A DNA stretch of 63,389 nucleotides, the filler included, from Perkinsus chesapeaki ATCC PRA-425 (lineage: Eukaryota > Protista > Perkinsozoa): NCBI GenBank assembly GCA_013115145.1. It is 9 parts of 9 records of this genome, joined end to end, with 100 filler letters (N's around TTAATTAATTAA, not from the genome) between each part and the next. Parts side by side here need not be neighbours in the genome. Positions count along the whole stretch, not along the records: positions 52,426 to 56,540 come from JAAPAO010001318.1; positions 56,641 to 59,508 come from JAAPAO010001506.1; positions 59,609 to 61,907 come from JAAPAO010001633.1; positions 62,008 to 63,389 come from JAAPAO010001999.1; 5 more parts are not named here. One strand, written 5' to 3'. A program made the translations under genes and the position numbers. Shown here one piece after another: positions 53,750 to 63,389 of the stretch. Position 1 is the first letter of the stretch. Every line of letters starts with the position of its first letter. The notes under the pieces were generated by a model that worked only from the letters and a program-made list of their open reading frames with translations, searched no databases and was not told where the DNA came from.

Positions 53750-56034
53750 CAACAGTCGCCAACAGTATTAATATTATTAAATGGATTTTTTAATAGATTC
53801 ATGTATCAATGATTTTGCTATATTATCTTCGTTAGGCAATATTGTCTTCATAAATTTTTTCATAGCTTTATCGGTTGTTGTTGTATTATATTTATTTATT
53901 AACTTTGGTGGTGGTGGTGGTTGTATTGCGTGCTGCTGCTGTTTCTGTTGTTGTAATGGTGGTGGTGTTGTTGTTATAAGATCATCATCATTTAATAATG
54001 TTGATACATCTGAATAATGTTTAATGTTGTTATAATTATAACTTACAATCTTTAGTAAGTATAATATCATCTTGTGTTGTTGGTATTGCTACTTCACGTA
54101 ATATCTCGTATGGTTCAATCTCATCGCCTTGTGTTAAATATTTATTATTTTTAATAAATATCTCATCATCATTACGATTTTGTGATTGTTGCCCCATTAT
54201 ATAAGTATTATTGCTACCAAATCTAGCAGTCTCTTGCTGCTGCTGCTGATGTTCTATGATAATCCCTGACCTAATACTAAATAACAAGAACAACAGCAGC
54301 AGCATTGTTATATTACATTTTGTTATTCGTTTTTTTTAAAGTTGTTGAATTATTGTTATCTATCTTTGATATTGTTGTATTATTGTGTATATGTTGTTTA
54401 ATATTATTATCTTTCTTATTATTTATTATATAATCTATACATTATCGATTATTAATACTATAATACCTTAATTTAATAATACCTTCACCATCTATAATAT
54501 CTTCTCTTATATCATCGTCACCATCATTATGTGTATACATAATCCCTGAAATAACAATAATAATGACTAACACTAATAACAACAACAACCATCAGCATTA
54601 TCATAATATTCTCCTTCTTTATGTTGTTGTTGTTGTTGTTTACTATATCTTATAATATTAGCCTCATCAAGTGCTCTTTGCCATTGTCTAACTTGTTGTT
54701 TTCTACTACTAATATTATTTAATATATTCTAATAATCAAGTATTTAATATACTATGGATTATTATTACATTATTTATTTTATCTTCTTTTTTTATAATTC
54801 TATCAACTGCATTAGTAACTTCCCGTACAGCATCTTTATGTCCCCCTAATTCGCGATATAAATCGTTCAGTGACACATATCTATATCTCACATATAGTAA
54901 TAATAATAATAATCTACTTATTAATACCCCGATAATCTTCCCCTATCAATAATACTATTTCTTTTCATTCCTGGTCCTGGTCCTGGTCCTGGTCCTGATG
55001 GTGGTGGTGGTGGTGGTCTTCTGTGTTGAGTATAATGTATATTATTAGTATTATCAATATCTTTATATTCTCTAACAATAACAACTGCTGCTGCTACTAT
55101 TATATATGATAACTATTACTTCTTGTTATATTCTTCCTTATTATTAATATCCATTTTAGTACGTTTTTCTGTTTCTTCTCTTTTTGAACGTGAATGTGTT
55201 ATATTAATTTTATTATTATTATTATATTGTCTATTCCGTAATTTCACCACTTTTTCAACAACTTCTTCTTCTTCATGATCAATTAATTTAACTCTTTTTA
55301 ATAAATGTATATGATGATGATGATGATTATCATTATATTCCACTAGTAGTAATATCGCTTTACGTTGAAGATCTTCTAAATATACTCTATGATGTGCAAG
55401 TGCCTAAATACTAACTACTATTACTATTACTAATAATAATAATCTATATATTGTTACCTTGCTTAAACGTATATTCCTTCCTTTAGCTTCTCTTATTAAT
55501 GTATTTATCAATTCATGTCTTATATTACGATTAGATGATGATGAATGAACATCATCATCATCTTTATTATTATTAATTGATAAGGCTTCTTTATAACGAT
55601 CTTCCATATCTATTATATGTAATTTATGATATTCTATTGCCTAACATGCTCATCTTGTTATATTCAGTACGGTGATCATTAATAATAATAATACATTACT
55701 ACTTTATATAATGCATTCAACCATTTATAAGATTCATTTATATGATAATCTATCTCATTACGACATTCTTTATTTTTAAATCTATGCCGACTTATTCGTT
55801 TAACTAGTTCATCGTGTGATGTTAATACCTATATACAATAACAATAATAACAATAATAACAATAATAACAATAATAATAGTAACAATAATAACAATAATA
55901 ACAATAATAATAGTAACAATAATAATTAATATATTTACTCTTTTCATTTCATTTTCTTTTCTCTTAGCAATTTGTAATACTCTATCAAATTCTTCTTTAT
56001 CAATATCTCTCTTGCTCGTCCTCCTTAATAACAT
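53750..56034 (-). CDS. Probable AT-rich multi-exon low-complexity gene (approximate)
   Basis: Chain of minus-strand open segments rich in Q/N/K/E; no domain recognised. Confidence 0.3.
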
Positions 56035-56436
56035 TAATAATAACTAATATTATAAATACCGCTGCATTCCATTATTACATATAATCGTCCTTATTCTTAT
56101 TTCCCTTTATTTCCCTTTGTTGTTGTTGTTTAATATAATGATGATGATGATATGATGATGACGATCCACCTGTCATCATCACCATTGTTATTATTATTAT
56201 GAACTAGTCATTGTTGTTGTTATTAGTACTACTACTACTACTACTAACCTGGGTTAGGTGTATGTCTACTTCTACCACCACAAGGAATCCAATCATCGTA
56301 TTCTATTATATTATCATATATTATAATCATAATAATACTTTATAATAATATTATTATACCAAAATATTTCATTATAACAAAAAACAACAAACACTCATAA
56401 TAACTTCATGAAACCTTATTATTATTATCATGATAA

Positions 56437-56540
56437 GAATTATAATAGATATACCAACTACAATAATAATTATAATAGATATACCAACTACAATAATAAT
56501 TATAATAGATATACCAACTACAATAATAATTATAATAGAT
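56437..56540. repeat. 30-bp tandem repeat AATTATAATAGATATACCAACTACAATAAT x3.5, running into the contig end
   Basis: Directly visible. Confidence 0.93.
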
Positions 56541-57383
56541 NNNNNNNNNNNNNNNNNNNNNNNNNNNNNNNNNNNNNNNNNNNNTTAATTAATTAANNNN
56601 NNNNNNNNNNNNNNNNNNNNNNNNNNNNNNNNNNNNNNNNGCTGAAACAGGGAGTTAGAACTTCGTATTCTACGGTACTGCCGGCCAGGGGCCTTAAGTT
56701 GCGTCAAATAACTCAACCTTTGTGCCTCATCTGGACTTCAGCGGTAACGGTACAGATAACTTTCGACCGTCTCCGTAATACTCAACGATTGTTCGATAAT
56801 TGAAGTCTGAAGCAATGAACTACGGATAGCAATCATCACGACGTAATAGGACTCGAACCGGACCCATATTCGCCTACTCCCGGAAAGTGACTTTTCGCCA
56901 GAGGTCAGTGATTTATGATGAGTCGCCCGTTTGCAATTTACGGGGCCTAGATTTTGCGACTGCCTGGTTGGTCAAGTGCTGCTTCGCTGGTCGTGTGATA
57001 GCTTTCTATTGGAGATGTTTGATTCGAGCAGTATCGAGACAAGGAGGATGAAGGAAGTCAATAAGGAGAGAGCGCCGATTTCCGCTTCGCTTGCTCATCG
57101 CATAATGTTCGCGATTTTTCGAGGTATTCCCAGAAAGAAATTCGCTAAGCAGACCTTCCACTATCGCTGTATCACCGTGTAATGCCCCTAGATGCTTTAT
57201 TTCATACAATGTATATGTATCATATATGTTTTATGTTCATGTATGTTTCTTATATGTAATAATGTATCGATATTATCACAGCTGCGACACAACTCGAGTG
57301 AGAAAGGGCATAAGACAAGTCTCACACCCTAAAGTTGGCAACGGTTTAGTCACGAAGCCATCGAGCAGTGTACTCAAGGAGGG

Positions 57384-57410
57384 GCTGCACAGTGCTGCGC
57401 AGCCTGCACT
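57384..57410. repeat. Two-hairpin footprint with one mismatch, inferred TSD GCTGCACT
   Basis: GCTGCAC a GTGCTGC GCAG c CTGCACT. Confidence 0.6.
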
Positions 57411-58586
57411 CAATTGGCTCGACTTGATTTCGTTGTGGATTGTGTCGTTGTGGGTCTACCGGAAAGGGTTCTATATTCTGTTGGGAACAGGCTGTTGCAC
57501 TGGGCTCTGCAATAAGCCTCTGGGAACATCTGCGCTGGCCAAGCGCTGACATTGCCGATCTCGTCGCTTCTTGGATCATAAGCGGACTGGCGCGTGCGGC
57601 GCGATCGCACACACGTCCAAGTCTGCACCCACGACAGATATAGTTGAACTACATCCAGAAGGCTGTGATGTTCCGTCGTGGAGTCAATCGCAAAATCCTG
57701 ACGCGATCAATGCACACAAGAAGATTCATTCTTACGAGTTTGAACGATCAAACCTGGAAAGGTTTACCTAGTGGCAGGGCAACTCTACCAGCTCCGTTCA
57801 TGTAGCTATTACATTGGTCAATAATCCCACAAACGGGTACATTCATGGGAAGAGGATCGCATGAACTCGGTTTCTGAGTAATGTTAACTTGTCTTTTTCA
57901 AGCATTTGCATGGGAATGATTGCAGAAATGTAGGTTGTATGATACGAGGAAGACTAGTTCGACAGACGAAGTAGACAATTGAATTCATCCGGAGCACGAA
58001 TCTTATTTCAATGAAGCATTATTTCTGCTGGATGAGATCGAACAGAGAGTGAAGACCGTTATGCGATGATAAGCTACTCATACAGGTGTCTAGAAGCAGG
58101 TAAAGTGTCCGGGGCAGCAGCTGACTGCTTTACCACCAGTGCACAGTGTGCGCCTCTACGCCTGCTGTATAAACACTGTCTACCCTTTGCACTCATGTTT
58201 GTTCAAGAAAAGTTGGAGATAACGAGGCTAACTCGAAGAATTTCGGCAACTCTTATTCATCATCATCTGTTTGTTGTAGGTTTGTTTACGGTAAACGGTT
58301 TACCCCAGACCCCGTCGTTGACCGAACATTAACGAACGACCGTTGCGCAGGACCGAGGCGCCGCGCCGTGGTTGCACTGCGCTAAGCTTAGGCGGTGCAC
58401 TTGCGTGTAGCAAAACACTCTGCTATCATTCACAGTATCTTCGAGCGCTGTGCTTGTTTGAATCAGTGGTAGTCTATTATTCCCTAGTGAGTAGTCCACC
58501 CACCTCTTACGTGTTCCAGTTGTTAGTAGGAAGAATCGGTTCAAAGCCGCGAGACTTCACACAGGTTTATCTTGTGTTTACCATCA

Positions 58587-58952
58587 ATGAACCCAACATC
58601 CATCACCACTATTTTCGTCCTCTACCTCCTCAACATGGTTCGTGCTAACGACCTCTCTGGTTCCTACACGAGGTGTGTATACGACCTTATACCGCTCACT
58701 AGAATTGATCTGACGGACAGCCAAGTGACCTTCCACTTTGACGGGGATAAGGTCTATGGGCCCTACAGTTACAGGATGAGCTTGGGGATGGTTGCTCCTA
58801 ACATCCCGTTTTCTGACCCGATATTCACCGCTTATGCGTACGCTCTGACTCCAGGGGCCTTCTACGGCATTCCAGTAGACAGTCAAGGCAGACTTATGGT
58901 CTCCTCTTTGAGGCAGTTCCGTGGCACTACTCAATTCTATTGTAAGCAGTAA
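58587..58952 (+). CDS. Small putative secreted protein (121 aa), lineage-specific
   Basis: Signal-peptide-like MNPTSITTIFVLYLLNMVRA, then a beta-rich-looking segment (LSGSY..GPYSY) with 2 Cys; intronless. Confidence 0.55.
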   Translation: MNPTSITTIFVLYLLNMVRANDLSGSYTRCVYDLIPLTRIDLTDSQVTFHFDGDKVYGPYSYRMSLGMVAPNIPFSDPIFTAYAYALTPGAFYGIPVDSQGRLMVSSLRQFRGTTQFYCKQ

Positions 58953-59608
58953 ATCTGGACTGTATCGGTTGTATGAATTTTTACACACTGGCAGATGACA
59001 CCGAGGGCTTCTTATGTGGAACGTCCGTCTCTGCCTTTCATTGTCGTCTACCACGTCGGAAAAATAGTTTTGTACTTGTTGTACATATTGTCTCGAAATC
59101 TTGTGGAATCTTGTTCTGCTGTCTTCCATCAGCAATAACAAGTCTGTCCTACTAAAGTCCATTGTCTGTGCCCGTATTGTAGCACGCATTATCCACTCTC
59201 CACAGCGACAGACCGCAACAGTTGTGCTGTCGGTCCCACTCGTGGACGAGAATCTTTTTGTTGCCCTCTCTTGCGACGAGCTTTGCTAGGAGGCATGCTA
59301 GTGTCTCCTCTGCTCCAGCTCTGATCCTGGCATCTGATCCATGGTGATCGTGGCAGCTGACGACTAACTGTAAGCTGTTTTTCCCTTCACCGTATTGGAG
59401 TAACACCTATTGTGTTGAAGTGTCATAGTTAAACAAATTCAAACGAGTATTATGTACGTTGTAAGGTCATGCAAATCTTGGCTTACACAGCAGTAGTGTC
59501 CCTTGGACNNNNNNNNNNNNNNNNNNNNNNNNNNNNNNNNNNNNNNNNNNNNTTAATTAATTAANNNNNNNNNNNNNNNNNNNNNNNNNNNNNNNNNNNN
59601 NNNNNNNN

Positions 59609-59680
59609 CAATAGTAAAACTCTGCACTTAGCCTAGCTCTTGTAAAAGGAGACAGCGGATTGTGTGCCAACACAATCACA
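59609..59680 (-). mobile_element. 5' end of a second copy of the LTR (5' LTR or solo LTR)
   Basis: Reverse complement identical to 39384-39455; flank is CGGTC rather than the polypurine tract. Confidence 0.9.
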
Positions 59681-60277
59681 CGGTCACATTATCATGTTTA
59701 ATCGAATTTAATGTCCGGCTTTTGCCCATATCTAGTCCCACGAACCAAAGGTTGCACTGCTGCCACATGGCAACTTAGGCTTTGTAGAACTATATAGCTA
59801 CTTATTGAGAATATCATGGAGCGTCATTTTCATTTCACCAGAATGTCTAGAACAACTTACTACTACAAAGATGTTGACCTAAGTTCGAGCGAATGCTACA
59901 GCGAAGCAGTAGGCCGAAGCTGATGACCAAAGCAGTAGGCTGATGCTGATCAGCTCCATTCAGTTCCCAACTTCGTGACTCTACGAAGGTTGTTTGGCGA
60001 GTCTGTACTCTCACACTAACATGTCCCCATTCATCATTATTATAGTTCTTTTAGCACACAGTGTGGTTCACACTGGGTAAAGTATGAATAAAACACAAGA
60101 ACCAGTGGCATGCAGAACGTTGGTGGCAGCGGCAGCTTTGGGTAGCATGAATAGTCGGGGATACGTTAGGCTGACAAGAACCCGATGGACTGTCTCGACA
60201 AACAATCGGAATGCTTTTATTTTTAATTTAGTAAGAAATACTCGTTATGTTACAAGCAGTTGCATAAGATCACATTC

Positions 60278-61800
60278 TCAGTCTTTACGCTCCGATATAG
60301 GCGACTCGACAACCATGTCCAGGGAACCTAGGGAGATATATAAACAGGAATATTGCAAAAGAGCATCCCTACTGGACCGAGTTCGACGGCCATCAGCGTA
60401 GCTGTTGGCCAGCGCTTCCCTGATGCCAGCCTCAGCCATAGTCTCTATTGTAGGCAGTAACTCCTGAACTATTCTCAAAAAGACGAGTATTGCGACATGT
60501 CACCTGTTCAATCATTTCAATCGCCTTGGTCCTGACAGACTGCACAATACCAGCAGTAGCGGACTTCACTATTGCCTCCACCTCGGCGGCAGCCCTGCTA
60601 TGAATGCCAGCATATACCATTACACTTCCTCGTTACCTATCAGATTGCAGATCAGCCACTGATCGTGTTCCCGTGAGCCTCCTGGTAGGTGCCGCTCCCC
60701 GACGTGTTGGTGCTGGGTTCAAGCTGCGCGATCTTCCACCGATTACTGCACCCGAAAAAGGCCTCGCAGCAGCAACGCCCCTCACGTATGCTTACCTTTC
60801 ATATTATGTGACATCGACCTGGTTACCACCCTTGATCCGGGACCACTCTTCGCCTTGGGGGTTACGTCTTGGTGCATCACCAACTGCGTCGTTGAAGCTC
60901 GTATCGCTCCGCTGCCTTCAAGGCGACTACGCTTCTTCGGGGATGGCCTGAGTAATGCCCTAGGAATCGGCTACGAATCCGAAGTACGAACCTGACAGGC
61001 TCAGCGCCATCGGTGTCAGTCTCGTCTGGTATGTCCATGTCTCTGATGCTCTCATCCTCTTCTATAGTGGCACACATTGAGCGCTCCACTTCCTGAAGCA
61101 TAAAGTCAAGATAGCCGCAAGCCTCTCCGAGGTAACCAAAACAGATCTACGTAAAGCGTCGATCCGAGAAGCGAAGGAAACAAAGTTTTTATCATAAGGA
61201 TGCCGCTGATCATGGCCGGTTGTCAGCCAGTGACTGAAAGCGGTTGAGGGATCGCGGGAAGTGATAGATGAGCGCCTAATTGAGCCTTCCGAACAGTTAC
61301 CTTCTGCAAGCTTGTTGGCCGTGTATCTATCAATAGAGGCTGATGCGGGCTCAGGAACTCACTGAGATTTGTGTCTTCTCCACTGAGCAAAGATACCTCT
61401 ATCAGTCCGGTGTCGCAGAGATGCTCACCCCTCGTATGTGATAGACATGGCATCATCGTCATCATCGAATAACAACATATCGCGGTCGTGAGAGACGACC
61501 GTCGCGGCCGCTGCTGCATTAAGAGCTTCCTCTCGGATGGCCTCGCACTCTTCTAGTGACATAGTCTTGTAATCGATCTGATACCGACAGGAGCCTCCAG
61601 CAGCACAGCGGTTAAGTTGCTGCATGATTGAGTACGCATATTCGATTCTAAAGCTGGACCGGTCTAGGCCTCTAACGTACTCTAGGAAATGTGTTCTACT
61701 CTTCTATCGTATATGACCCATATCAGTCCGAAGCGAGAAGTGTTTTAGCTGCAACAGCGCCATTTCCCTAAGCCGCTCTTTACTCTTGTCTGCTAGTACA
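60278..61800 (-). CDS. Probable multi-exon gene of unknown function, 5' part beyond the contig edge (approximate)
   Basis: Series of open segments separated by 30-50-nt GT-AG introns (e.g. ..SITYEG|gtgagc..atag|). Confidence 0.4.
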
Positions 61801-62007
61801 AAGTTCTTGAAACTTGAAAAATGAAACAACTAACCTCAAGGTTAGTTGTTTCATTTATGACTATTCAACGTTCGCCCGTCCATCCCACCCCCGGCATCTC
61901 TCCGTCANNNNNNNNNNNNNNNNNNNNNNNNNNNNNNNNNNNNNNNNNNNNTTAATTAATTAANNNNNNNNNNNNNNNNNNNNNNNNNNNNNNNNNNNNN
62001 NNNNNNN

Positions 62008-62186
62008 ACTATCACTACTGTTATTACTATCACTACTGTTATGACTATCACTACTGTTATTACTATCACGACTGTTATGACTATCACTACTGTTATTACT
62101 ATCACGACTGTTATGACTATCACTACTGTTATTACTATCACGACTGTTATGACTATCACTACTGTTATGACTATCACTACTGTTAT
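62008..62186. repeat. 18-bp tandem repeat with alternating variants (ACTATCACTACTGTTATT / ACTATCACGACTGTTATG)
   Basis: Directly visible at the contig start. Confidence 0.93.
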
Positions 62187-63389
62187 ACATGTTCGTACAT
62201 CACTTATGTATTTATCACTATCAGTGGTACAGTGCCACCACCGTTGCTAATACAGCTACCGCAATTGCTGTCACAACTAGAAATACAAGCGTAAATACTT
62301 CGACTATATTTAAGTTAAATGTAGTCGAACAGAATTTAACTACCGCTACTGTTACCAGCCATGATATAGACTAATCTAGACTACTGTCAGTCCATAACTG
62401 CGGCTTTTGCTAACCCCCTCCCATTCCCGTCTCGGATTCCCGTTTTTTGATTATGGCATTGCTCTAAAATTTACAACATGACACTTTATCAAGAATACAT
62501 GGAAACGGTGTGAGACCCACTTACCACGTCTACCGTATTTCTGTGGCACAAACTCAGTGCTATCGGACGAGATATCCTTTACAGCTGAAAATAGGCATTT
62601 AGAAATGACGAACTCCTGATACGATTAGTCGTTGGGTTGGTGAGCGTGTTGGGAGTGATTTTCTCTTCTCGTTGGGAAGTCCTCACCCAGGCCTGGTGAA
62701 TCACCATCTATAGTGATTGGGCTAATGGTTGGTGTCTGCTTACGCAGCTCTTGGCTAATTATATATTGAAGGCCTGCCTTATAACGCGGTAGGTAGTACG
62801 CCTTACGCGCCTACGTTTCAGGAATTTTTTTAAGCGTGCTGTTTATAGGCGTCGGAGGCTCTACGGTAGACACCATGTCTACTATGTCAAAGATATGGTA
62901 TGACGATTGTTTCCCGGTACTACTCGAAACTCAAGGTCCACTCGTATACTTGACGAAAGCACGAACACACATACATGCGAATACTTTATACGGATAATAG
63001 GAAAAAAGTAAAGAGTTCACGAGGAAATCATCGTTCTACATATACACACGATGTTAATAACATCATGTTATCATCTAACCACTCCTTAGCTTTGCTTGTA
63101 ATTAAGCACTGCGCATTGAGAGTGGCATAAAGTAAGAACACTGTGAAACTTCGAAAAACGCTCTGACATGCACGATGAATCTTCTGTCGTTACCTGAATG
63201 CATAAATACCTACACTCCAGAAGGTACTTCGTTAAACTATCATGTATATGTCCCATTTTCTCAAGCTGTATTTATTACTACATTCCTCTCTACATACTCA
63301 TCTACAGCTCTAGTCATACTAACGATTGACTGAACGCGTAGTGAACTACCTTCCTAGGTGCACCGCCACAAGTAGTATTCGAGATTATG

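Overview
Eukaryotic protist DNA, most consistent with Perkinsus or a close perkinsid alveolate. This is an inference from the short GT-AG introns, plant/alveolate-type CDPK, secreted subtilisin and GH18-like genes; no search was run. The window is not one locus: nine contigs/scaffolds are joined by 100-nt artificial linkers (N..TTAATTAATTAA..N) at 8066-8165, 32017-32116, 35170-35269, 39508-39607, 52326-52425, 56541-56640, 59509-59608 and 61908-62007. Recognisable genes: RPS9, FAM136A-like, subtilisin, GH18-like protein, TFIIIC subunit GTF3C3/Tfc4, RPL4, JmjC oxygenase, LAMTOR2-like, a Zn-ribbon/J-domain protein, a CDPK and RPS3. Mobile DNA: an LTR retrotransposon with a CCCH finger in gag, and a degenerate DUF6729-like element. 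Two signals stand out. (1) Non-coding DNA carries many sequence-independent but geometry-identical scars, x1-7/c8/rc(x2-7)/c1/x2-8. This is the product expected when an 8-bp-TSD, flank-hairpinning (hAT-type) transposon excises and the opened hairpins are rejoined. There are 8 exact 22-bp cases plus 7 near-exact, extended or partial ones. (2) A GGGCG[A/C]GCGCTTT motif lies upstream of all three ribosomal-protein genes; for RPS9 and RPS3 it is part of a gap-free 46-bp module. Coordinates of multi-exon genes of unknown function are approximate.
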